A stretch of DNA of 64,000 bases, from positions 49,972,001 to 50,036,000 of the forward strand of contig OX597829.1 in the NCBI GenBank assembly GCA_951406725.2, in the 5' to 3' direction. The notes below the pieces were generated by a model. That model saw only the letters and a list, made by a program, of their open reading frames with translations, was not told the origin of the DNA and did not search any database. The position numbers were made by a program, and so were the translations under genes. Source of the DNA: Octopus vulgaris. Its lineage: Eukaryota. Shown here one piece after another: positions 12,290 through 22,350 of the stretch (within the stretch, counting starts at the first letter, position 1; every line of letters starts with the position of its first letter).

Positions 12290-12545
12290 ATATTTGGTTA
12301 TTGCTAATCAAATACTGCCCCAGAAATGGCTCCACTTTACCCATTGATAATGATGTTATTCTGAAGCGATAGATAGAGCCTTTTATTGATGTTTTTCACA
12401 ATCCATCCACCACAGGTAAGAAAGTTATAAACAAAAAAAAAAAACCTTTCACAGCCCCATGTTATTGAAAGAAAAGTCAAAATTGCCATCAGAGCAACTT
12501 CGGGAAAACTCCAGGAATTGATGGTATGTCAGCTGAGGTTATTAA
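12290..12545 (+). mobile_element. RTE-type LINE remnant (pre-RT region)
   Basis: GKTPGIDGMSAEV matches the LINE GKAPGxDGIxxE motif. Confidence 0.55.
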
Positions 12546-12951
12546 CACATTACCGTCCACATATACCACCTGTAGTTTATTGCAAATTTCCTACAACTGC
12601 CATATGCACCTGGGGTGGTACATTTTCGGAATTTTAGAAAATATTCTCTTCTGTATCTTTGACATAATTTCGAGGATAATTAAATAACACAGGTGCTAAA
12701 TATTAAAGTTTAATTATGAATTATTGTAAAAGTCCCTGCAATTAACATGTTAAGCAAAGTGGGGTGAGGGGGGGTGCTGTGACTGGTTTTGTGACCGCAC
12801 TAATTGTTAGTGTTTGGAATAGGTCTGCCAGTTCCACAGTTCACTGTACAAGGGAAATGGTGTCAACTGAAACTAGTAGCTTCTTTGGTATTTCCTTATT
12901 TTGTAATGGTGATAAGATATTTGCCAGACATTTATTGAATCCTCTCAGATA

Positions 12952-13212
12952 CATCATCATCATCGCTTAACGTCCGTTCTCCATGCTAGCATAGGTTGGA
13001 CGGTTCGACCAGGTATCTGGGAAGCCAGAAGGCTGCACCAGGCCCCAGTCTGATCTGGTAGTGTTTCTACAGCTGGATGCCCTTCCTAACGCCAACCACT
13101 CCGTGAGTGTAGTGGGTGCTTTTTACGTGCTACCTGCACAGGTGCTAGGCGAGGCTGACATCGCCCACGTTCGGATGGTGCTTTTTACGTTCCACCGGCA
13201 CGGAAGCCAGTC
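12952..13212 (-). mobile_element. Family B element
   Basis: Same body and tail as other B copies. Confidence 0.85.
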
Positions 13213-13477
13213 TTGTCCCAGAGTCTCATTGTGGATTCATATCTGATAGAGGTGCCACAGTTATGATCTTTAGGGCCAGTGCAGGGCAGTTGCAGAAGTT
13301 CTTAGGGCAGTGACTTCTCCTTTATCAAGTTAATCTATCAAAAAAGCCTTTTACATGATGAGCTAAAATGCACTGTGGAGTTTTGGTTAAAGTTGGGATA
13401 ACCACGTTTGTCAATTAATAATATGCTTGTGTAGAACCAGTCTATGTAATAATGATGCTAAACAGGAATATATATAT

Positions 13478-13845
13478 CTGTGCCGGTGGCACGTAAAAAG
13501 CACCATCTGAACGTGGCCGATGTCAGCGCTGCCTTGCCTGGTTTCTGTGCCGGTGGCATGTAAAAAGCACCATCCAAACGTGGCCGATGCCAGCGCTGCC
13601 TTGCCTGGCTTCTGTGCCGGTGGCACGTAAAATGCACCAACCGATCATGGCCGATGCCAGGGTCCACTGGCACGTAAAAAGCACCCTCTACACTCACGGA
13701 GTGGTTAGCGTCAGGAAGGACATCCAGCTGTAGAAACACTGCCAGATCAGACTGGAGCCTGGAGCAGCCCCTGGCTTCCCAGACCCCGATCGAACCGTCC
13801 AACCCGTGCTAGCACGGAAAACGGACATTTGATGATGATGATGAT
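13478..13845 (+). mobile_element. Family B element
   Basis: Tandem internal units and (GAT)n tail. Confidence 0.85.
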
Positions 13846-13899
13846 GTATATATATTTGCACCAGCTTTATTCTACATCTATCTTGCAGTTGAAATTGCT

Positions 13900-14510
13900 C
13901 ATGTATTTAAGGAGTGTGATCTTTGTCCGTTATAATACAACAGTTAAACTTTTAAATTTGGGTCATTTCAAGGCCAAACTGAAGGCATTTATACCTCTTG
14001 TTCACGGTTTGTTCTATGCTGATATTAGTGATCTTGTGGCTCACTTTGAACAAGATATTCAAAAATAACAAACCTGTTTTCCTGTATCTGTTCTGCTCTT
14101 GGACTGAAGCAAATCTAAAGCGATGTTTGCACCTGCACCAGGGGTGATGTTGAATTGAATATACTTTGTCTAAAGGATCAGGCTTGATGTAATGGTTTCT
14201 TTTGTGTATCTTGGTAGTTCTGTTTCCAGGAGTGGATTCCTCAATTCCAAACCCAACTTACAGATTGAGGAGACTCCACTTGCATTTGGGACAGACACTA
14301 GAGAAACAAGTCTGCTAATAAAGGAACATGAAACTATCCACCAAATTTTCCATATTCCTTGCCATATTCATCTCATGCATGAAATTCATTGTCTCTACAT
14401 TAAAATTAGAGGTTTCATCAGAAATGTCTCTTAAATAGACTGGGAACATTTTCACACCCAAAACCAGAGGTGTTTGAAAGGGCAGGCTGGTTCAAAATTA
14501 AAGTTAGTTT
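13900..14510 (+). mobile_element. RTE-type LINE reverse transcriptase remnant
   Basis: LFYADISDLVAHFEQDIQ (decayed YADD) followed by VSFVYLGSSVS. Confidence 0.6.
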
Positions 14511-14587
14511 CAAGTATGTGATGTCTACATGCTCTCACAGTCACGTGTGTGTGTGTGATATGCACATACAAATATATATAAATATAA

Positions 14588-14840
14588 GGACGTATGGCCT
14601 AGTGGTTAGGGTGTTGCACTCATGTTCATGAGATCGTGCTTTCAATTCCTAGACTGGGTGGTATATTGTATTTTTGAGCAAAACGCTTCATCTCATGTTG
14701 CTCTGCGATCACTTTGACACCTGTTCTGGTAACATTGATTTGATGGAGTGAGATGAGCTAATGTACAGCATATACATTTGATCACTATAAACACATCATT
14801 TGACAAAAATCTGAACACTCATATGTCACCAACAGGAGAG
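14588..14840 (+). mobile_element. Diverged tRNA-headed SINE (D-related)
   Basis: TGGCCTAGTGGTTAGGGTGTTGCACTCA..TTCAATTCC head; reverse-complement relative at 25860-26153. Confidence 0.6.
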
Positions 14841-14894
14841 TCCATCATATAAGTGTATATATATGTATGCAATGTGTGTATGTATGTGTTGCTG

Positions 14895-15385
14895 ACGTGG
14901 CTGATGACAGTACCGCCTTATTGGCACTCGTGCCAGTGGCACGTTAAAAGCACCATCCGAGCATGATCGTTGCCAGGGCCACTGACTGGCTCCCGTGTCG
15001 GTGGCACGTAAAAAGCACCATTCGAGGCATGATCGTTGCCAGCATCGCCTTACTGGCTCATGTGCCAGTGGCATGTGAAAAAACAACATTCGAGTGTGGT
15101 CGTTGCCAGTGCCATCGGACTGACTCCCATGCAGGTGGCACATAAAAAACGCCTTTGAGCGTAGTCATTGCCAGTACCACCTGACTGGCCCTCGTGCCGG
15201 TGGCACGTGAAAAGCACCCGCTACACTCTCGGAGTGGCTGGCATTAGGAAGGGCATTCAGCTGTAGAAGCTCTGCCAGATCAGACTGGAGCCTGGTGCAG
15301 CCATCTGGCTTGCCTGTCCTCAGTCAAACCATCCAACCCATGCCAGCATGGAAAGTGGATGTTAAACAACGATGATGATGATGAT
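14895..15385 (+). mobile_element. Family B element with about five internal units
   Basis: Repeated GTGGCACG..AAAAGCACC units and (GAT)n tail. Confidence 0.85.
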
Positions 15386-15713
15386 ATATATATATATATA
15401 TGCTATACGGGTGTGTGTGTGTATATATATATATATGGTGATGATGCACCCAGTACACTATGTGAAGGGGTTGGTGTTAGGAAGGACATCCAGAAATAGA
15501 AATGATGCCAAAGTGCAAAGCAGACACTGGAACTCGGCACAGTCCTGCTAGCTCCTGTCACACTGTCCACAAGCATGGAAAACTGATGTTTTAGTTTGAT
15601 TGTGTCATCCATTTTAAGATTTCAGGCTTCAGAAATAAATATTTTTCTGTTAAATTAGTTTCCAGTATATGTTCTCTGCCCCCCCCCCCCCCAAAAAAAA
15701 ACTTAAGTCCTTA

Positions 15714-15878
15714 AGGCGCAGGAGTGGCTGTGGTAAGTAGCTTGCTAACCAACCACATGGTTCTGGGTTCAGTCCCACTGCGTGGCATCTTGGGCAAGTG
15801 TCTTCTGCTATAGCCCCCGGGCCGACCAATGCATTGTGAGTGGATTTGGTAGACAGAAACTGAAAGAAGCCCGTCGTA

Positions 15879-15947
<69 letters not shown>

Positions 15948-16127
15948 TCATCATCATTATCGTCGTTTAACGTCCGCTTTCCATGCTAGCATGGGTTGGA
16001 CGGTTCAACTGGGGTCTGGGAAGCCAGAAGGCTGCACCAGGCCAGTCAGATCTAGCAGTGTTTCTACAGCTGGATGCCCTTCCTAACGCCAACCACTCTG
16101 TGACTGTAGTGGGTGCTTTTCATGTGC

Positions 16128-16170
<43 letters not shown>

Positions 16171-16361
16171 GTATGTGTGTGTTTGTGTTTGTCCCCCTAG
16201 CATTGCTTGACAACCGATGCTGGTGTGTTTACGCCCCCGGCAAAAGAGACCGATAGAATAAGTACTGGGCTTACAAAGAATAAGTACCGGGGTCGATTTG
16301 CTCGACTAAAGGCGGTGCTCCAGCATGGCCACAGTCAAATGACTGAAACAAGTAAAAGAGT
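15714..16361 (+). mobile_element. SINE family A with a minus-strand B fragment (15946-16128) nested in its (TA)n
   Basis: A head, TA run, B fragment, TA run, A tail. Confidence 0.85.
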
Positions 16362-16584
16362 AATCCTTTAGTTTTCAGATTATTCTGTCAAATGCAATAC
16401 TTTTTCATTCACTTTTGTTTTGAATTTGTTTGAATTGTAGCTTCAAAAATATGATGTGATTGTTAGTTCTATAATATCATTGAAGAGTAGAGTAGATATG
16501 ATAAGCTGGATCTGCCTGGTTAGAACCTAAAACAGGTAGCTTATTTGGGATAGATACAGCTGGTTTAAATGCTAAAGGGTTAAA
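16362..16584. mobile_element. piggyBac-type MITE family G
   Basis: Ends TAATCCTTTAG.. / ..GCTAAAGGGTTAA; related copies at 28565-28907, 45011-45479, 50045-50241, 55415-55640. Confidence 0.7.
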
Positions 16585-17039
16585 CAGATGGTAAGCTATA
16601 ACTAGGAAGATGCTGTCTGCGAAAAATGGTATTGCTCATCAAATAATGAAGCACGATGCCTGGAAACAGCTGGATGTCGAAAGTATGCATGGTAGCGGCT
16701 CAAGAGGGAATCTTTCATGCACTGTCAGTGGTTGCATTACACTTTTAAAAGCTGGTTTTTGCTGCCCGTGAAAAGTCTTATACCAGGTGACCAACAAAAG
16801 ACGCTTATATGCATATAGATCTTAGAGCACCTGTGGAGCACTGCTATCCTTTATAGGTGTGTTAATCTAAAAACCAGATTGAAAATCTATTTTGGATGAA
16901 TTGAGAAGGGTAGAACCACAGTTCATAAGATTCTTGATGAAGTTATGTACTCTATTCATTGGAAACAATTTAGATGAATTAGGGGTAGGTGGTCACCTGT
17001 GATTCCTCAATAGAAAAGTTAGTGAATTTGCTACAGGTA

Positions 17040-17445
17040 TACTCTTTACTCTTTTACTTGTTTCAGTCATTTGACTGCGGCCATGCTGGAGCACCGCCTT
17101 TAATCGAGCAACTCGACCCCGGGACTTATTCTTTTGTATGCCCAGTACTTATTCTATCGGTCTCTTTTGCTGAACTGCTAAGTGACGGGGACGTAAACAC
17201 ACCAGCATCGGTTGTCAAGCAAAGCTAGGGGGACAAACACAGACACACAAACACACACACGCATATATATATATACATATATACGATGGGCTTCTTTCAG
17301 TTTCTATCTACCAAATCCACTCACAAGGCTTTGGTCGGCCCGAGGCTATAGTAGAAGACACTTGCCCAAGATGCCACGCAGTGGGACTGAACCTGGAACC
17401 ATGTGGTTGGTAAGCAAGCTACTTACCACACAGCCACTCCTGTGT
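17040..17445 (-). mobile_element. SINE family A
   Basis: Reverse complement of family A. Confidence 0.9.
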
Positions 17446-17449
17446 CTGC

Positions 17450-17870
17450 ACAGAGAAAGATGTTATGCTAAACATGAGTTATATTTGCATATGTACATAT
17501 GTCTATTCAAAAGGTTTTTCCAAACCAATATATTACATGCCAAACTCTGGCACTGAGAGTTACACAAATACTAGAACTGGGCACCACTGCATAGTGCCAA
17601 GGACTCCAAATTTGCCATCAAGGTGTAGGACTGGGCTTCAGAGGTCCACAGCTCTTCAATATCCTCCCGAAGGACCTGAGGGACCTGTATGGGATGGATG
17701 TTAGGTGTCTTTAAAATAAAGCTGGACCTCTTCCTGTCAGGTGTCCCAGATGAACCAACATCGCAGCAGGAGGTGCAGGTGAGGGCAGCTGCATCAAACT
17801 CTCTCATGCACCAAATGGTGGTGCCCCAGCATGGCCACAGCTTGTGAGCTGAAACTAGATGAAATAAAAA
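17450..17870 (+). mobile_element. CR1/L2-group LINE 3' end (ORF2 C-terminus, short 3' UTR and A-rich tail)
   Basis: GFRGPQLFNILPKDLRDL..(frameshift)..VFKIKLDLFLSGVPDEP..RAAASNSLMHQ then GGTGCCCCAGCATGGCCACAGC..CTGAAACTAGATGAAATAAAA. Confidence 0.8.
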
Positions 17871-17911
17871 AAATTTTAAAGTTTTTTAAATGCTATCATT
17901 TATAGTTTTCG

Positions 17912-18128
17912 GTAAGGTGGTAGGCTAGCAGAACCTTTAGCATCCCAGACAAAATGCTTTGCAATGTTTCGTCCTTGTTTACGCTCTGAGTTCAAATTCC
18001 ACTGAGGTCGACTTTGCCTTTCATCCTTTCGGGGTTGCTATAAAATAAGTACCAGTATGACATTGGGATCGATATAACCAACTTATTCCCCTGCCCCAAA
18101 ATTGCTGGCCTTGTGCCAAAACTCAAAA
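17912..18128 (+). mobile_element. SINE family C, diverged
   Basis: GAGTTCAAATTCC..GACTTTGCCTTTCATCCTTTCGGGG. Confidence 0.75.
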
Positions 18129-18282
18129 CTTATTTTTTTATAGCTTAATGCGTGTGCTTCAAGATATACCAAAAAAGAACATTCATGTTCTCTGGAAAGC
18201 TTATAAATTATATTGATGTCCACAACATACAATTCACACTAGTAAGAAAGAAGTTTCTAAAAGGGATAGAGAAATTTGAAGG

Positions 18283-18353
18283 ATTGCTTTGGTATAATGG
18301 TAGAACACCTGTCATGTCTACAGGTGCTGTGGGTTTCAGTCTCACAGGCTTTG
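18283..18353 (+). pseudogene. tRNA-like cloverleaf (probable tRNA pseudogene; TGT at the anticodon position)
   Basis: A-box TGGTATAATGG, perfect anticodon stem CCTGT/ACAGG, T-arm GTGGG-TTTCAGT-CTCAC, 5/7 acceptor pairs, T7 run at 18355-18361; non-canonical A33 and T-loop. Confidence 0.55.
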
Positions 18354-18613
18354 ATTTTTTTCATTTCAAGGGCTTTTAAACCCATTATTTACATAGTGTT
18401 CTTTATAGCTTTATGGGTTTGCTTCAAGATATTCTAAAAAAATGGAATTAGTTCATGTTCTGTCAAGTCTATAAAATTCCTGTGACGTCAGCATTATACA
18501 TATGTGTGTGTGTGTGTGTGTGTGAGTGACTATATAATATTTTATTTCATAAAATATTTTTAAAGCCAAAACAATGCAAGTTATGAAAAAAAATTAATAA
18601 AAATTAATAATAT

Positions 18614-18778
18614 AGGCGCAGGAGTGGCTGTGTGGTAAGTAGCTTGCTCACCAACCACATGGTTCCGGGTTCAGTCCCACTGCGTGGCATCTTGGGCAAG
18701 TGTCTTCTGCTATAGCCTCGGGCTGACCAATGCCTTGTGAGTAGATTTGGTAGACGGAAACTGAAAGAAGCCTGTCGT

Positions 18779-18824
<46 letters not shown>

Positions 18825-19035
18825 ATATGTTTGTGTGTCTGTATTTGTCCCCCTAGCATTGCTTGACAACCGATGCTGGTGTGTTTACGTCCCCGTCACT
18901 TAGCGGTTCGGCAACAGAGACCGATAGAATAAGTACTGGGCTTACAAAAGAATAAGTCCCGGGGTCGATTTGCTCGACTAAAGGCGGTGCTCCAGCATGG
19001 CCGCAGTCAAATGACTGAAACAAGTAAAAGAGTAA
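18614..19035 (+). mobile_element. SINE family A
   Basis: Full-length copy. Confidence 0.9.
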
Positions 19036-19250
19036 ACCTTTCTACTCTAGGCCCAAGGCCTGAAACTTTTGGGAAGGAGCTTAGTCGATTACATCGATCC
19101 CCTGAACTCCACTGCTACTTATTTTTTATTGACCTGGGAAGGATGAAAAGCAGAGTCAACCATGGCGAATTGTGAACTCAGTACGTAAAGACGGATGAAA
19201 TGCCGCTAAGCTTTTTTTTCGGCATTCTAACGATTCTGCCGGCTCGCTGT
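19036..19250 (-). mobile_element. SINE family C, diverged
   Basis: Reverse complement of C body. Confidence 0.7.
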
Positions 19251-19378
19251 CATGTTACAAAAATTAATGATATATAAGTTGATGATATTTCAATATTTTG
19301 TGGTTAGGATCCCTTCAGAAAATTTATAGGGAAAACAAAGTGTAGATAACTGATATATATATATAGAGAGAGAGAAAC

Positions 19379-19771
19379 ACAGGAGTGGTTGTGTGGCAAG
19401 TAGCTTGCTTACCAACTACATTATTCTGGGTTCATTCCCACTGTGTGGCACCTTGGGCGAGTGTCTTCTACTATAGCCTCGGGTCGACCAAAGCCTTGTG
19501 AGTGGATTTGGTAGACGGAAACTGAAAGAGGCCCGTTGTATATATAATATATATATGTGTATGTGTGTGTATATGTTTGTGTGTCTGTGTTTGTCCCCAC
19601 CACCATCACTTGACAACCAATGGTGGTGTATTTATGTCCCCATCACTTAGCGGTTTGGCAAAAGAGACCAATAGAATAAGTACTAGGCTTACAAAGAATA
19701 AGTCCTAGGGTCTATTTGCTCGACCAAAGGCGGTGCTCCAGCATGGTCGCAGTCAAATGACTGAAACAAGT
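19379..19771 (+). mobile_element. SINE family A
   Basis: Near full-length copy. Confidence 0.9.
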
Positions 19772-19780
19772 GAATACATT

Positions 19781-19909
19781 ATTGTTAAAGAGGACAGCAA
19801 ACATTAAGGCAAGGCAAACAAATCAAGTCGTGAATTTTTACCAATAATAATAACGTATACAACTTGAGATGTTTGCCTTGCCTTAATGTTTATTGTCCTC
19901 TTTAACAAT
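19781..19909. repeat. Inverted repeat, ~50-bp arms with ~27-nt loop
   Basis: ATTGTTAAAGAGGACAGCAAACATTAAGGCAAGGCAAACA versus TGTTTGCCTTGCCTTAATGTTTATTGTCCTCTTTAACAAT. Confidence 0.9.
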
Positions 19910-20139
19910 TATATATCTGCTGCTTTGGAAATCTGCAATGGTTCAATAACTACTAAATCGGCTGTAACCTTGGAGCCTTAGTAATCCGTTACAGCACTTA
20001 GCTAGCGTACCTTAATTGTTTAGATCACCTGTGAACTAAACCCTATACTTTGTGTGTGAATATATATATACAGACATGTGTGTGAATTTATATATGTGAA
20101 TATATATCTGTACATATTACCATGTATATATATATGATA

Positions 20140-20452
20140 AAGCATGTGGTTTTGTGGTTGGGGTATTCAGGTCAAGGCCATGAGGTTGTGAGTTCAATTC
20201 CTGGTGGTGTGTTGTGTCCCTGAGCGAGACACTTTATTTCACGTTACTTCAGTCCACTCAGCTGGCAAAAGTGAGTTGTACCTGTAATTACAAAAAGTCC
20301 AGACATGTTGCCTTCTGTGTCACACTGAATCTCACTGAGAACTACGTTAAGGGAACGCTTGTCTGTGGAGTACTCAACCACCTGCATGTTAATTTCATGA
20401 GCAGGTTCTTCTGTTGATCACATCAACTGGGAAACTCATCTTAGCTGACAGG
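20140..20452 (+). mobile_element. SINE family D, diverged
   Basis: Reverse-complement similarity to 33096-33486 (GAGAACTACGTTAAGGG..GAGCAGG..GATCAACTGG). Confidence 0.7.
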
Positions 20453-20539
20453 GTGTGTGTGAATGTGTGAATATATTTGTGTGTGTGTGTGTGTGAATAT
20501 ATTTGGGTGTGTGCATGTGTGTGAATATAATTGCCTGTT

Positions 20540-20821
20540 TTTGTTTGTTCCTTCTCGAGCCATGCCTGGCTCATAAGGGCTGGTTTCCCAGTTTCCTTGG
20601 CGTATAGGTTCCCCACCTGGATGGGACGCCAGTCCGGTGCAGGTGAGCTGCAAGATGCTGTGGCAAAAGAGTCAACAGAAGTTCGCCATTACCTTCTGCT
20701 GGAGCCGCGTGGAGCTTAGGTGTTTTCGCTCGTAAACACACATATCACCGGTCTGAGATTTGAACCTGCGATCCCTCGACCGCGAGTCTGCTGCTCTAAC
20801 CACTAGGCCATGTGCCTCCAC
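20540..20821 (-). mobile_element. SINE family E
   Basis: Near-identical to 35280-35582. Confidence 0.85.
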
Positions 20822-21079
20822 ATATTTGTGTGTATGTTTGAATATATGTGTGTGTGTCTGAATATATTTGTGTGTGTGTTTATGTAGCTAAATATATATA
20901 GTTGTGTGTTTATGTAGCTAAATATGTGTGTGTGTTTGTATATATATATATGTATGTTTGTATGTATATGGAAACATGAGGGTTGGTGAAAGGAAGGGCA
21001 TCTCACTGTAGAAAATCCACTTTGATAAATTCCATCCACCCAGGGTAGCATGGTAAAGTGGATGTTTAAATTATGATTC

Positions 21080-21117
<38 letters not shown>

Positions 21118-21269
21118 ATGTGTTTCCAATTTGCATGTCTACAAACGTAACGAATGGCTAGTTTTGCTGTTAATTTTCCCATGAGCAACCATCCGCTCAC
21201 TTTAAGATTTCAAAGCTGTGTGGGTTATGAGATGCCTTATTTGGAAAAACAGTCAAAGGTTATGCAATG

Positions 21270-21790
21270 CACAAGTATGGCTGTGTGGTAAGAAGTTTGC
21301 CTCCCAACCACATGGTTCCAGGTTCAGTCTCATTGCATGACACCTTGGACAAGTGTCTTCTACTATAACCTCTGGCTGACCAAAACCTTGTTGGTAGACG
21401 GAAACTGAAAGAAGCCTGTTGTGTGTGTGTGTTTGTCCCCATCACCATCACTTGACAACTGATGTTGGTATGTTTATGTCCCTGTAACTTAGCAGTTTGG
21501 CAAAAGAGACCGATAAAATAAGTACCAGGCTTACAAAGAATAAGTCCTGGAGTTGATTTCTTTGACTAAAAGGTGGTGCTCCAGCATGGCTGCAGTCAAA
21601 TGACTGAAACAAAAGAATAAAATAATATATATGGGCTTCTTGCAAATTCCATCTACCAAATCCACTTACAAAGCATCAGACGGTCCCAGGGCTATGGTAG
21701 AAGACATTTTCCTGGAGGGCTGTCAGTGGGACTGAACCTGAAACCATGTCGTTAGGAAGCAAAATTCTTACCACACAGCTGTGCCTGCCC
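21270..21790. mobile_element. SINE family A (+, 21270-21620) plus an inverted A head (-, 21630-21790)
   Basis: Family A similarity. Confidence 0.75.
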
Positions 21791-22029
21791 ACTCATGCAC
21801 TCACACACATTTGTGTTTGTTCCTCACCACTGCTTCACAACCAGTGTTGCTATGTATATTTGTATAAATATATTTATATATGATAGAATGTTTATCATTT
21901 ATACTTTATGTATACATGTACCTCTTGTATATCAAGACACCTGTTTCTGCCTATCTGGTTCTCTGTCACACTCTAACCTTTCATCATTTGACACAAAATC
22001 ACCTCCTCCAATGCCCCATCCCCTCTCAA

Positions 22030-22350
22030 AATTCCTTCTCTTGCAAGTTACTTGGTGACCCCGTCACTGCTGGTGCCATGTAAAAAAGCATCAAGTCCAC
22101 ATTGTGAAGTGCTTGGGATTTCGAAGGGCATCTAGTTGTATAAACCAGTTGTACAGACCTCGCCTGTACTGGTGCCACATAAAAAATACACTCAGTCCAT
22201 CTCACAGGGTGGTTGGTGTTAGGGAGAGCATTCAGCTGTAAAATCCTTGCCAAAACAGACCCAATAGCCTGGTGTAGTCTTCTATCTGGCTGGCTCCTGT
22301 CAAACTGTCCAACCCATGCCAGCATGGAAAACATGTTAAATGATGATGAT
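22030..22350 (+). mobile_element. Family B-related fragment
   Basis: CAACCCATGCCAGCATGGAAAACATGTTAAA(TGA)n end. Confidence 0.7.
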
